From: a bacterium
Lineage (GTDB): Bacteria; CG2-30-53-67; CG2-30-70-394
DNA: 64,000 bases
Assembly (NCBI GenBank): GCA_036393335.1
Contig: DASWHD010000135.1
Location: 14,405-78,404, forward strand
Direction: 5' to 3'
Shown here: positions 19,214-29,244 of the stretch, piece after piece
Layout: the number at the start of each line of letters is the position of its first letter
Numbering within the stretch: the stretch's first letter is position 1
Made by a program: the position numbers and the translations under genes
The notes under the pieces: model-generated
The model's database searches: none
What the model saw: only the letters and a program-made list of their open reading frames with translations
Told to the model about the DNA's origin: nothing

Positions 19214-19993
19214 ATGGCTACCAACAGGGGGGCGACGCGTGGCAAAGGGCGACACCTCCTGCTGCCGCTCTTCGCAAGCGCCGTGTTCGGCGTCGTCGGG
19301 ATCGGTTGTGCCGGCCACCACCGCGGGCTTCCCAAGCCGCTGCCACCGGACATCACCCCGCAGGCGGAGGTGGTGCCCCCCGCCGAGCCACCACCGCTCA
19401 TCGGCTCCCTATGGACCCAGGGGCGTAGCAGCCTGTTCACCGATTACCGTGCCCGTGTGGCGGGCGACATCGTAACGATCAAGATCACGGAGAACGCCAA
19501 GGCATCGAAGTCGGCGAAGACCGACCTCACCAAGAAGGACGACGTAAAGTTCGGTATCCCTTCGCTGTTCGGCCTGGAGACCGCCGCCGATGCCCGCAGG
19601 GACCGGGTGGAGGCCGCCAACGCCGCGGGCGCTGCGGCCATCGGCCTCGACCTGAGCTCGATCCTCGCGGCCTCCAGCGAGAAGAACTTTGCCGGCGACG
19701 GCTCCACCGAGCGTAGCGGCAAGCTGGAGGCGACGCTCACTGCCGTGGTGACCCGCGTGCTCCCCAGCGGCAATCTGTTTATCGAGGGCCGGCGGCGTAT
19801 CAATCTGAACGAAGAGAACCAGTACCTGCTCCTCACGGGAATTGTGCGCCCTGAGGATATCGCGCCAGACAACACGGTGCCGTCGTCGATGATCGCCGAC
19901 GCCTCCATCAGTTACTACGGTGAGGGGCGGGTCGCGGATCAACAGCGGCAGGGGTGGTTCATCACCCTGATGGACAAGGCATGGCCCTTCTAA
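19214..19993 (+). CDS. flgH: Flagellar L-ring lipoprotein FlgH
   Basis: Lipobox GIGCAG; FlgH core (GSLW...SLFTDYRARVAGDIVTIKI...LTAVVTRVLPSGNLFIEGRR). Alternative TTG starts at 19187/19196. Confidence 0.85.
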   Translation: MATNRGATRGKGRHLLLPLFASAVFGVVGIGCAGHHRGLPKPLPPDITPQAEVVPPAEPPPLIGSLWTQGRSSLFTDYRARVAGDIVTIKITENAKASKSAKTDLTKKDDVKFGIPSLFGLETAADARRDRVEAANAAGAAAIGLDLSSILAASSEKNFAGDGSTERSGKLEATLTAVVTRVLPSGNLFIEGRRRINLNEENQYLLLTGIVRPEDIAPDNTVPSSMIADASISYYGEGRVADQQRQGWFITLMDKAWPF

Positions 19994-21195
19994 CAATCGA
20001 TTCTCCCCGTAGGGGAGTCCTCAGGGGCTCTCTCCCTCTGGGACCGGGACGGGGTGAGGGTGTGTGGCACCATCGCCGGTCTCCACTTCGTCTCGCCCGG
20101 ACCGCCGTGGTAGGTTTCCTCCTCCTCTCCCTGGCCGCGGCGGCCCGGAGTGAGGCGACGCGGTTGAAGGACTTGGCCGACCTCACCGGCGTGCGCAACA
20201 ACCAGTTGATCGGTTACGGCCTGGTCGTCGGCCTGGACGGCACCGGCGACGGCGTGAAGAGCACCTTCACGCGCCAGAGCCTGACCTCGATGCTGCGGCG
20301 GGTGGGGGTGACCGTGGATGCCGAGGCGTTGAAGGTGGAGAACATTGCCGCGGTGGTGGTGACCGCGACCCTGCCGCCATTCGCGCGCCAGGGCAGCCGC
20401 GTGGACGTGACGGTCGCCAGCATCGGCGACAGCGAGAGCCTGCTCGGTGGAGTCCTGCTGATGACGCCGCTCGCGGGGATCGATGGCGAGGTGTACGCGG
20501 TTGCCCAGGGGCCGGTCTCGATCGGTGGCTTCTCGTTTGGCGGACGCGGCGGGGGAGGGGTACAGAAGAATCACCCGACCTCCGGCCGGATCGCCAACGG
20601 TGGATTGGTGGAGCGCGAGGTGCCGGTCGAGTTCGCGGCACTGGAGCAGTTTCGCTATGCCCTGCACGAGCCGGACTTCACCACCGCGCAACGCACCGCC
20701 ATCGCGATCAACGAGCACTTCGGCATCGAGGTGGCACACCCGACCGATGCCGGCACCATCGAGGTCGAGGTCCCCGCCGACTACCGCGCGCAGCCGGTAC
20801 TCTTTGCCGCGGCCCTGGAGTCCATCGACGTCCACCAGGATCGCGCCGCTCGGGTGGTGCTCAACGAGCGTACCGGCACCGTGATCATGGGCCAGGACGT
20901 GCGCCTCTCCACCGTCGCCATCTCCCACGGTGGCCTATCGATCACCATTACCGAGACCCCTGTCGTGTCGCAGCCCAATCCCCTGTCGCGGGGCGGGCAG
21001 ACGGTGGTGGAGACCCAGTCGCAGGTCGAGGTGACGCAGGAGGAGCGGCGCCTGATCATGGTGGAAGAGGGCGTCAGCCTGGCCGAGGTGGTCCGGGCAT
21101 TGAACGCCCTCGGTGTCGGCCCGGGCGACTTGATCGCTATCCTGCAGGCGGCGAAGGCGGCCGGCGCACTGCACGCCGAGCTGGAGCTCATCTGA
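19981..21195 (+). CDS. flgI: Flagellar P-ring protein FlgI
   Basis: Signal peptide then RLKDLADLTGVRNNQLIGYGLVVGLDGTGD... (FlgI). Start could also be GTG 20063; ATG 19981 overlaps the flgH end. Confidence 0.85.
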   Translation: MALLTIDSPRRGVLRGSLPLGPGRGEGVWHHRRSPLRLARTAVVGFLLLSLAAAARSEATRLKDLADLTGVRNNQLIGYGLVVGLDGTGDGVKSTFTRQSLTSMLRRVGVTVDAEALKVENIAAVVVTATLPPFARQGSRVDVTVASIGDSESLLGGVLLMTPLAGIDGEVYAVAQGPVSIGGFSFGGRGGGGVQKNHPTSGRIANGGLVEREVPVEFAALEQFRYALHEPDFTTAQRTAIAINEHFGIEVAHPTDAGTIEVEVPADYRAQPVLFAAALESIDVHQDRAARVVLNERTGTVIMGQDVRLSTVAISHGGLSITITETPVVSQPNPLSRGGQTVVETQSQVEVTQEERRLIMVEEGVSLAEVVRALNALGVGPGDLIAILQAAKAAGALHAELELI

Positions 21196-21530
21196 TGCAT
21201 CCGATCCTCGTGCCGTCGCTGCTGACCCAGCCGCTCGATCCCTCGCCGGCCGCGGCCCAGCGGCGCGACTCCCCACAGGCCCTGCACAAGGCGGCGCAGG
21301 ACTTCGAGTCCCTCTTCATTCACATGATGTTGAAGGCCGGTCGGGAGAGCGTCGGGGATGGCGGGATCGTGCCGCGCGGGAGCGGCGAGCGGTTCTTCAC
21401 CGATGTGCTCGACCAGGAGTTGGGCCGGCTCGCGGCCCAGCAAGGGGGATTTGGGATCGCACGGCAACTGGAAGAACAGTGGAAAGGAGCGGTAACCCAT
21501 GACGGCAACGGTCCAAGCTCTGCCCCATGA
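21195..21530 (+). CDS. flgJ: Rod-binding protein (FlgJ N-terminal domain only; no muramidase domain)
   Basis: AAQDFESLFIHMMLKAGRES is the Rod_binding/FlgJ-N signature; only 111 aa. Confidence 0.7.
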   Translation: MHPILVPSLLTQPLDPSPAAAQRRDSPQALHKAAQDFESLFIHMMLKAGRESVGDGGIVPRGSGERFFTDVLDQELGRLAAQQGGFGIARQLEEQWKGAVTHDGNGPSSAP

Positions 21531-22035
21531 TGCGCTGGCGTCGTTCAACGCCCTGCTGCGCCGGATGGAAGAGGAGGCACGGCTGTTCGAGCGGCTGGCG
21601 GGGCTCCTCGATAGCGAGCGCGACGTCCTTCGCAACCTGCGTGCCCCGGGGCTCAAAGAACTCAACGCCGAGAAGGAGCGGGTCCTGATCCTCATTGACC
21701 GGGTGGCTGCGGCGCGGGCGGATACCCTGGAGGAGCTCACCGAACGGCTGGGTCTGAAGAGCGAATCGCCGCACCTGGCGGAGCTCCTCGATCGTTTGCC
21801 GGCGGTCGAGACCCGGTGCCTGGATGAGGCGCGGCGCCGGCTGCTGCGGGTCGCAGAAATGGTGCGCGCGCGGGGCGAGGTCTCGGAGCGGCTGCTCTCG
21901 GTATCGCTCGACGCGATTCATGAAATACTTCAGTTGCTGCGCAAAGAGAACGAGGAGTCTGCACAGACATACGGCGACCAAGGTGCCGTGACGGCGCCGC
22001 GGGGCACCGGCATGGTCGTGCGTCAGACGGCTTGA
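21499..22035 (+). CDS. FlgN-like flagellar export chaperone
   Basis: All-helical 178 aa with a FlgN-like leucine-heptad pattern; directly upstream of flgK-flgL, the usual FlgN clients. Confidence 0.45.
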   Translation: MTATVQALPHDALASFNALLRRMEEEARLFERLAGLLDSERDVLRNLRAPGLKELNAEKERVLILIDRVAAARADTLEELTERLGLKSESPHLAELLDRLPAVETRCLDEARRRLLRVAEMVRARGEVSERLLSVSLDAIHEILQLLRKENEESAQTYGDQGAVTAPRGTGMVVRQTA

Positions 22036-22047
22036 ACGAGAGGCAAT

Positions 22048-23712
22048 ATGGGCATCTCCGGCATTCTCGACATGGGGCGACGAGCCCTCGAGATGGCCCA
22101 GATGCGCGTGCAGACCACCGCGCACAACATCTCGAATGCCGCCACCGACAGCTATAGCCGGCAGATCGTGCTCTCGCAGACGACCCGGCCCCAGCTTGTC
22201 CAAGGAGGCCTGCTCGGCACCGGCGTCCAGCCGGACACGGTCGAGCGGATCACCTCGCGATTTCTGGAAAATCAGCTCCTCGCGGAGCGCCAGGTGAAGG
22301 GACAGCTCGACCTGCTGGCCACCGCCTTCAGCCACGTCGAGGAGGTGTTCAGCGAGTCGCAGGTCGGCGGGTTGTCCGAGGCGATGTCGGCGTTTTTTGC
22401 CTCCTGGCAGGACCTGGCCACCAACCCGGAAGGGGTGGCGGAGCGCCAGGTGCTGGTCTCCCAGGCCGGGGCCCTGACCCGGCAGTTCTCCCTCTATGCC
22501 CAGGGATTGGCGCGCGTGAGCACGGACATGCTCGCCGATCTCAAGAGCTCGGTCGCGACCGTCAACGAGATCACCCTACGGATCACGGAGACCAACAAGG
22601 CGATCGTCTCCGCCGAGGCGGGTGGGCAACCCGCCAACGACCTGCGGGATAGTCGCGACCGGCTCCTCAACGAGCTGGCCAACCTCACGGAGTTTTCCGT
22701 GATCGATAACGGGGAGGTGAACGACTTCACCGTGCAGGTGCGGGGCCAGACCCTCGTGCAGGGGGTGCGGCGGCAGTCGATCACCGTCGTGGATGACGGC
22801 TCCGGCTCGCCATCGCTCGCGGTCGAGCAAGGCGCGGGCTGGCGGACCTTCTTCGCTCTGCCGGAGCTGGGTAGGATCGGCGGCGCCCTGTCGGTGCTGC
22901 GCGAGTCGCTGCCCGCGGCGGAAGAGGGACTCAATGAGGTCGCAGTATTCCTGGCGGCCAACGTCAACGCCTACCACCGGCAGGGCTATGCGATCGATGG
23001 CACGACCGGCCTCAATTTCTTTCTCAGCCCGATGCAGGGAGCACCGAATCCGGCGAACACCGGCGGCGCGATGATCACATCCACGCCAGTGGTCGATGGC
23101 ACGCAGTTCACCGCCCATCGCTACGAGATATCGTTCGTGGCCGCCGACAGTTACCAGGTCACTGACGTCGACACCGGCGCAGTGGTGGTGCCGGCAGCGC
23201 CGGCAAACTACGTGAGCGGCAATCCCATCCTCTTCGACGGCGTGTCCGCGACGATCACCAATGGCGGCGGTCCCCCGGCGGCCGGGGATCTCTTCGTGGT
23301 GGACATCAACCCCAGTTATTTCAGCTCGATCGCGGTCGATTCAGCCATCGAGACCAACCCCCAGCGCGTGGCCGCGGCCTTGTCGTTGACCGGTCTTCCG
23401 GCAGACAACGAAAATGCCCTGAGGATCGCCTCCCTGGACAGTCAGGCGATCATGTCCGGTGGCACCGGCACGCTGATCGACTCGCTCTCCAGCCTGGTGT
23501 CGCAGGCGGGTATCGACTCCAGCCGCGCCACCGTGGGGCTAGAACGGCAGTCCTTGGTGGTCGATCAGGTCCTCGCCCAGCGCGAGGCGGTCTCCGGCGT
23601 GTCCATCGACGAGGAGGCCGCCAATCTCGTCGAGTTCCAGCGCTCCTATCAAGCCGCGGCCAGGGTCATTACCACGGTCGACCGGATGTTGGAGACCCTC
23701 CTGAACACGTAG
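22048..23712 (+). CDS. flgK: Flagellar hook-associated protein 1 FlgK
   Basis: N-terminus GISGILDMGRRALEMAQMRVQTTAHNISNAATDSYSRQ and C-terminal flagellin-like helix; 554 aa. Confidence 0.85.
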   Translation: MGISGILDMGRRALEMAQMRVQTTAHNISNAATDSYSRQIVLSQTTRPQLVQGGLLGTGVQPDTVERITSRFLENQLLAERQVKGQLDLLATAFSHVEEVFSESQVGGLSEAMSAFFASWQDLATNPEGVAERQVLVSQAGALTRQFSLYAQGLARVSTDMLADLKSSVATVNEITLRITETNKAIVSAEAGGQPANDLRDSRDRLLNELANLTEFSVIDNGEVNDFTVQVRGQTLVQGVRRQSITVVDDGSGSPSLAVEQGAGWRTFFALPELGRIGGALSVLRESLPAAEEGLNEVAVFLAANVNAYHRQGYAIDGTTGLNFFLSPMQGAPNPANTGGAMITSTPVVDGTQFTAHRYEISFVAADSYQVTDVDTGAVVVPAAPANYVSGNPILFDGVSATITNGGGPPAAGDLFVVDINPSYFSSIAVDSAIETNPQRVAAALSLTGLPADNENALRIASLDSQAIMSGGTGTLIDSLSSLVSQAGIDSSRATVGLERQSLVVDQVLAQREAVSGVSIDEEAANLVEFQRSYQAAARVITTVDRMLETLLNT

Positions 23713-23816
23713 CCTCGATCAGCCGATACGGTTGATGGGCAGCCACGGATCTCGAGCGCCGAGACGGCCTGTCCCAGGGCCAGGCAAGAAGCACAGTTGG
23801 GTCGGTGGATTAGCCG

Positions 23817-24989
23817 ATGATTCGCGTCACACAGACCGTTTTCTTGAACAACATCCGCAGCCAGCTCGCGCGCAACGGGCGGCGGTTGGCGATCGCGCAG
23901 GAGCAGGTCGCTACCGGCAAGCAGGTCAACCGCCCGTCCGACAACCCTACCGGCGCCTTTCGCGTTCTCAGCCTCAAGCAGCTCACGGCAGCGAACGACC
24001 AATTTGAGCGCAACCTCGACTCATTGGAGGCGAATCTGGGGGTTGCAGAGAATGTCCTGGGGCAGACCCAGGAGGTTCTCTATCGCACGCTGGAGCTGGC
24101 GATCCAGGCGGCCAATGCATCGGTGGACCGCAGCCAACGCGCCGTGATCGCGACCGAGGTGTCGCAGCAGCTCGACGAGGTCAAACGCCTAGGGAACACG
24201 CAGCTCGGCGCGCGCCACCTCTTCGCTGGCTATCTCAGCGACAAACCGCCCTTCATCCGTGACCTGCAGATTTCTGCCAGTGCCGGCAACACGGGCACCG
24301 GTACCATTGCGGTGGGTATTTTCGACGGAGACGCCGTCGGGGGGTCACGCTACGAGATTCGCTTCACCGATCCCGCCACCTACGAAGTCTTCGAGGCCGG
24401 CACGGGCCTGACGGTGGCCAGTGGTACGTACACCACCGGTGCGCCGATTGACTTCGATGGCAACGGCAACGAGGTCGTGATCGACGGCGCACCGGCGGCG
24501 GGGGACAGCTTCCGCATCGTGCCGCGCATGGTCTACCGGGGGGACAGCAACGAGATCATGGTGCCGGTGGGCGAGGGCCAAAGGGTGGCGGCGAACGTGC
24601 GCGGCCATCAACTCTACCTAGGCGACGGTAACCTCGATGGCACCGCCGACGCGGGGCGTGTGAGTGTCTTCGCGGCGCTGGAGGACCTTAAGTTCGCTCT
24701 GGAGGACGACGATCAGGCGGCCATTCAAGCGGTCATCGATCAACTCGATGGGGCCGTCGGACAGATGAGCGAGGGGCGCGGTATCATCGGAGGCCGGCTG
24801 AACTTGGTCGACTCCGCCAAGCAAGATCTTTCCCAACGGAATTTGACGATCGAGGGGCTGCGGTCCGAGATTGAAGACGCCGACATGGCAGAGGCGATCA
24901 CGCGCCTGACGCAAGTGGAATCGGTCTTTCAGGCGACCCTGGGTACGGCCGCCAGAGTCCTACAGCGATCGCTCTTGGATTACCTATAG
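23817..24989 (+). CDS. flgL: Flagellar hook-associated protein 3 FlgL
   Basis: Flagellin-like N-terminus (MIRVTQTVFLNNIRSQLARN...RPSDNPTGA) and C-terminus; follows flgK. Confidence 0.8.
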   Translation: MIRVTQTVFLNNIRSQLARNGRRLAIAQEQVATGKQVNRPSDNPTGAFRVLSLKQLTAANDQFERNLDSLEANLGVAENVLGQTQEVLYRTLELAIQAANASVDRSQRAVIATEVSQQLDEVKRLGNTQLGARHLFAGYLSDKPPFIRDLQISASAGNTGTGTIAVGIFDGDAVGGSRYEIRFTDPATYEVFEAGTGLTVASGTYTTGAPIDFDGNGNEVVIDGAPAAGDSFRIVPRMVYRGDSNEIMVPVGEGQRVAANVRGHQLYLGDGNLDGTADAGRVSVFAALEDLKFALEDDDQAAIQAVIDQLDGAVGQMSEGRGIIGGRLNLVDSAKQDLSQRNLTIEGLRSEIEDADMAEAITRLTQVESVFQATLGTAARVLQRSLLDYL

Positions 24990-25053
24990 CTCGGAAATGG
25001 ATTTCCCATACGGTATCCATAAATGGCGCCTACGGTGATCCGGAAAGGAGCGC

Positions 25054-25302
25054 ATGTTAATTCTGACAAGGAAGTCAGGACAGACGATCGTCATCGGCGG
25101 AGGGGTGCAGATCAAGATCCTGGAGATTCGGGGAAAGCAGGTCCGCATCGGGATCGACGCGGCGCCCGAGGTGGCCGTCTACCGGGGTGAGCTCTTCGAG
25201 CTGATGCAGGAAGAGAATCGGCGCGCTGCCAAGAGTCAAAAGAGCGGCCTGGCAGGTCTCGTGCAGAGTATGAAGCCACGGGGGAAGAAAACCGATGGCT
25301 GA
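25054..25302 (+). CDS. csrA: Carbon storage regulator CsrA
   Basis: MLILTRKSGQTIVIGGGVQIKILEIRGKQVRIGIDAAPEVAVYRGELF is the canonical CsrA; RBS GGAAAGGAG. Confidence 0.9.
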   Translation: MLILTRKSGQTIVIGGGVQIKILEIRGKQVRIGIDAAPEVAVYRGELFELMQEENRRAAKSQKSGLAGLVQSMKPRGKKTDG

Positions 25303-25327
25303 CGCGCGACCGCAGGGGGAGGAGCAG

Positions 25328-25780
25328 ATGAGGCGAATACGGAGCAACCAGCTCGGTGACATCGCGGTGGCCGACGAGGCGGTGATCCACTTCCTTGAAG
25401 GGATCCCCGGGTTCGAGGAGTGCCACGACTTCGTCCTCATTGAGGACGAAGAGATAACCCCCTTTCGCTGGCTCCAATCCCTGGACGACGGCGCGATCGC
25501 CTTCATCGTCGTCGATCCGGTCATCATCTTCCCCGGCTACCAGGTAAAACTCGGGCCCGCCGAGACGGCGGCGATCCGCCTCACCGACGCCAAGCGTGCC
25601 CAGGTACAGGTCATCCTTACGATCAGCGAGGACCCGGAGAAGACTACCGCCAACTTGCAGGGGCCTCTGCTGATCAACGCCGAGAAAAACCTCGGCTGCC
25701 AGGTCCTCCTCACCCGCTCCCTGTACGAGACGCGCTACCCGGTCATGCAGGGACTCGCCGCCGCAGGCCGCACCCGCTAG
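25328..25780 (+). CDS. fliW: Flagellar assembly factor FliW
   Basis: IHFLEGIPGFEECHDFVLI...PFRWLQSLDDGAIAFIVVDP is the FliW signature; start at the internal ATG (MRRIRSNQLG). Confidence 0.85.
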   Translation: MRRIRSNQLGDIAVADEAVIHFLEGIPGFEECHDFVLIEDEEITPFRWLQSLDDGAIAFIVVDPVIIFPGYQVKLGPAETAAIRLTDAKRAQVQVILTISEDPEKTTANLQGPLLINAEKNLGCQVLLTRSLYETRYPVMQGLAAAGRTR

Positions 25781-25883
25781 CAGCCGCCACACGGGGAGCG
25801 ACGGTACGGCCGACTTTAGCCTCTTCTTGATGCCTCGGCGTTGTAGCGCTCTTGGGACTGCCCGCGCCCCCGGCTAGGGTTAG

Positions 25884-26759
25884 TCATCCTGCCATCTGTA
25901 GCCGTAGTGCCTGGAGGGTATTCTCGAGCAGGCATGCGTTGGTGATGGCGCCGATGCCGCCGGGAACCGGCGTGATGTGTGACGCTTTCTCCATCACCGC
26001 GGCGGTGTCCACATCACCGACGGTGCGGCCTTGCTGGGTGCCGGCTTCATCGACGTACTCCTCCCAGTTGATCCCCACGTCGATCACCACGGCCCCGTTG
26101 CCGACGTGATCGGCGGTGACGAAGTGCGGGCGACCGATGGCGGCGATCAGCACGTCGGCGCGGCGGGTGTGGAAGAGAAGGTCGCGGGTGCGGGAGTGGA
26201 GGGTGGTCACCGTGGCATGACGTGCCATACACAGCAGCCCCACGGGCTTGCCGACGGTGGCACTGCGTCCGACCACTACCACTTCCTTGCCCTTGAGCTC
26301 GATGCCCGCCGCATCGAGGGCGACCATGCAGGCGCGGGCCGTAGAGGGGACGAGGCGCGGGACGTCGAGGAGGAGGCGGCCGAGGTTGTTTGGGTGGAAG
26401 CCGTCGATGTCCTTGGAGGGCGGGAGACACTGGATGACCGCGTCGTCGCTGACCCCTTTCGGGAAGGGACGCAGAGGGAGGATACCGTGAACGGAGGCGT
26501 CGTCGGCGAGCTCGCGCACATGCGCCTGGATGGATGGGAGGTCGGCGTTGGCCGGCAGGCGAGCGTCCACGTAGCGGTAACCCATGCCGGTGGCGAGGCG
26601 CTCGATCTGGCCGCGGTACTGGGCGGCGCCGTAGTCATCGCCCACCAGGAGGGTGGCGAGGCACGGTGTGCTCTCCTCGGGGAGGGCCATCATTTCCTGG
26701 GCAAGTCGCTCCTTGATCTGTGCGGCGATCGCCTTGCCATCGATGATCTGCGCCCGCAT
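25884..26759 (-). CDS. folD: Bifunctional methylene-THF dehydrogenase / methenyl-THF cyclohydrolase FolD
   Basis: MRAQIIDGKAIAAQIKERL...VVVGRSATVGKPVGLLC...TPVPGGIGAITNACLLENT. Confidence 0.9.
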   Translation of the reverse strand: MRAQIIDGKAIAAQIKERLAQEMMALPEESTPCLATLLVGDDYGAAQYRGQIERLATGMGYRYVDARLPANADLPSIQAHVRELADDASVHGILPLRPFPKGVSDDAVIQCLPPSKDIDGFHPNNLGRLLLDVPRLVPSTARACMVALDAAGIELKGKEVVVVGRSATVGKPVGLLCMARHATVTTLHSRTRDLLFHTRRADVLIAAIGRPHFVTADHVGNGAVVIDVGINWEEYVDEAGTQQGRTVGDVDTAAVMEKASHITPVPGGIGAITNACLLENTLQALRLQMAG

Positions 26760-26836
26760 TCCTTACTCCCGATCTGCTGCGGGTGCACATCTACCCGCAT
26801 CTTCCGGCCGTGGGTGCAGGCTGCGGGCGGCCGTCA

Positions 26837-27466
26837 TCAGGCGAGCCTCCCGTAGACGATCTCCAGTATCTTCTGGCGCTCCTCGGCGGCGGCGATCGCC
26901 AGGACCTGACCCTCGCTCCACAGCTCTTCCGCCCGGTCACGATCGGCGAGGCTGTCGGCGTTGATCTTCACGGTGATTAGCGCTGCCTGCAGGCCCGCCT
27001 CGGCAAAGGCGACGGCGCATCCGGCATCGCTGACCAGCATCGGGTTGCCGCGTTCGGCGGTGGCGCGGCACAGGGGGATTACCTCAGAGCAGGCACGGCA
27101 GATGTCCAGCGATGCCTCGCCGGCTGTGTCGAGGGCCAACTGCAACGCTTGTTTGCGGGTCGCCTTGTCCGCGTCGCTCTCCTTGGGCATGCGATAGCAC
27201 GCCATCACCTGGTCGAAGGCCTCGGTGTCGCGGTCCATTAAGTTGAGCAGCGCGGCGCGCAGCCGCTCCGCATCGGCGACGATCTCCTGCATCTCTCCCT
27301 CGACGGCGGCGAATTTCTCCTTGCCGACCGTGAGGTTGGCGACCATGGCGGCAAGGGCCGCGCCCAGGGCACCGACCAAGCCGGCGGCCGCTCCGCCCCC
27401 CGGCGTGGACGCCTTGGAGGCGAGGCGGGCGGAAAAGGCGTCGAGGGTGTCGGTGGTGTAGGACAT
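26837..27466 (-). CDS. fchA: Cyclodeaminase/cyclohydrolase family protein (FtcD C-domain / FchA-like, methenyl-THF cyclohydrolase)
   Basis: LDAFSARLASKASTPGGGAAAGLVGALGAALAAMVANLTVGKEKF is the FTCD_C signature. Confidence 0.8.
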   Translation of the reverse strand: MSYTTDTLDAFSARLASKASTPGGGAAAGLVGALGAALAAMVANLTVGKEKFAAVEGEMQEIVADAERLRAALLNLMDRDTEAFDQVMACYRMPKESDADKATRKQALQLALDTAGEASLDICRACSEVIPLCRATAERGNPMLVSDAGCAVAFAEAGLQAALITVKINADSLADRDRAEELWSEGQVLAIAAAEERQKILEIVYGRLA

Positions 27467-27593
27467 GCTGAGATAGGGGATAGGGGGTTGCGGGGAGGAG
27501 GTGGTGGTAGTGAGGGTAGGAGAGGGACGGGAAGGTCCACTGCCAGCCCCCAGGGCTCGCGGCCGTTTCCTAGTCCCGAACCCCCTGCCCGCG

Positions 27594-28217
27594 TTACCAG
27601 TACACCAGCAGTCGGCCGTTCTCCACCTTGTTCTCGAACTGTTTGAGCGGCCGTTTCCCTACCTTGATGCATTTGCCCGTGCAGATGTCGAACTCCCAGT
27701 GGTGCTTCGGGCAGGTGAGGGTGTTGCCGTCCAGCTCCAGGGGGATGTCGGTGGACTGGTGGGGGCAGTGGGAGTCAAAGACCAGGAAGCCATCGCCGTT
27801 GCGGTGGACGAGGAGCTTGCGGCCGTCGGCCTCGGTGCGCACCGTCGCGCCGGACGCGACGTCGCCGCCGGCGACCACGTCGTGCCACGCGGGCTTCGTG
27901 CCGAGCATGACCGGTTGGAACTCCGGGATCTCCATGTCGAGGATGATGTCGAAGGCCCAGACGATCTTCGCCAGGCCGAGGGCCGGGAAGGCGAACAGGA
28001 TCGCGTCGATCACCTCGTCGGCGGTCGCACCCTCGCGCAGGGCCCGCGGCAGGTACTGGCGCAGCCCGCCCTCGGTCTGGACCGCGATCTTGGTGATCAC
28101 CGAGATCAGGGCGGCGGTCTTCTTGTCCAGGTGGGTGGCCGACTTCTTGAGGAAGTCGAAGTAGGCGGTCATCGCCTCGGGGCGGGTCTGGATCAGGTAG
28201 TCGAGGGATTTGCTCAT
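27594..28217 (-). CDS. Fusion protein: carboxymuconolactone decarboxylase (AhpD-like) domain plus C-terminal Rieske [2Fe-2S] domain
   Basis: N-terminal CMD-like region (KKTAALISVITKIAV); C-terminal Rieske boxes CPHQ...(17 aa)...CPKHHW. The real start is MSKSLDYLIQ (207 aa); the upstream 360 aa of the ORF are Arg-rich junk. Confidence 0.6.
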   Translation of the reverse strand: MSKSLDYLIQTRPEAMTAYFDFLKKSATHLDKKTAALISVITKIAVQTEGGLRQYLPRALREGATADEVIDAILFAFPALGLAKIVWAFDIILDMEIPEFQPVMLGTKPAWHDVVAGGDVASGATVRTEADGRKLLVHRNGDGFLVFDSHCPHQSTDIPLELDGNTLTCPKHHWEFDICTGKCIKVGKRPLKQFENKVENGRLLVYW

Positions 28218-28460
28218 TGTTCTGGCTCCATTCGTCACAGGGTATCGCCGGCGGTCCGGAGCGTCGCCCGCGACGATGGCGCGACGGCGCAGCGGACTCC
28301 CGAGGAGGAGAAAAATTACCGGAAGCTGCCGCCCTCCACAACGCGCCCTTTCCTGGTGGAGTGGTCCGCGGGCGGTTACATAACGAGGGAGCGAGGCGGG
28401 CTCGCGCCTTGCCGCACCATCGCGGCGGTCCATGATGGATAAGAATGAGGAACCCAATCC

Positions 28461-29165
28461 ATGAGTGAACAGCCCTTGCACTTTGGCCTCGCCGGTCCGG
28501 AGTCCATGCCGGACCACGGCCAGCCGGCCGACTCCCCCCAGCGCCAGCGCGCCGCACTCCAGCGGGGCCTGAAATTCGTCGGTCCGGATCAACCGGCCCG
28601 CCGGGCCGAGCTGCTGGTGGCCCTCGGCAGGGTAGAAAACGAGCTCGGCAATTCCCCCGCGGCGTGGGAGGCGGCACGCTACGCCTTCGCGATCTGTGCG
28701 GGGATCGAGAACTGGGTCGGAGCGGTGGAGGCGTGCGACGCCCTGTTCGAGTCGGGCCAGCCCGAGGCACTCAAGGCCCTGGCCCACGGCCTGTGGCTCG
28801 CCGTCACCTATCCCATCGATCCGGAGCTCTCCGTCGGCCTCCTCGGCCACTTGGTGGAGGAGGCGGCCCACGACGACATCGGCGCGGTGGCCGCGACTAC
28901 GGCCAACTACGTGGCACAGATGCGCGCCCCCGCGGGAGAGGCCGGGGAGCGGGTGCAGGAGAAGGCCGCACGCATGCTCAACGCGGTGGCGTGGACCCAC
29001 GGCAAGGTGCACGACGAGCGCGATTTTGAGATCTGGTACAAGACCAATCAACTCGACGACCCGGGCGTCTTCCTCCCCATCCTCTCCCAGGCATTGGACA
29101 AGATGGTGGACGGGGAGTGGTGGATCGATCGCGACGCGCTGCGGGCGAAGCTGCCGGCCGAGTGA
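28461..29165 (+). CDS. Hypothetical alpha-helical protein (234 aa)
   Basis: Strong GC3 bias and a clean intergenic context; no family recognised. Confidence 0.4.
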   Translation: MSEQPLHFGLAGPESMPDHGQPADSPQRQRAALQRGLKFVGPDQPARRAELLVALGRVENELGNSPAAWEAARYAFAICAGIENWVGAVEACDALFESGQPEALKALAHGLWLAVTYPIDPELSVGLLGHLVEEAAHDDIGAVAATTANYVAQMRAPAGEAGERVQEKAARMLNAVAWTHGKVHDERDFEIWYKTNQLDDPGVFLPILSQALDKMVDGEWWIDRDALRAKLPAE

Positions 29166-29244
29166 CGTGGCCGCCGGTGGGATCGAGCGGCGGCGCTCTC
29201 CCCATGGTATAGTTCGCCTCCGTTCATCGCGCCGCCCGTCCGCC

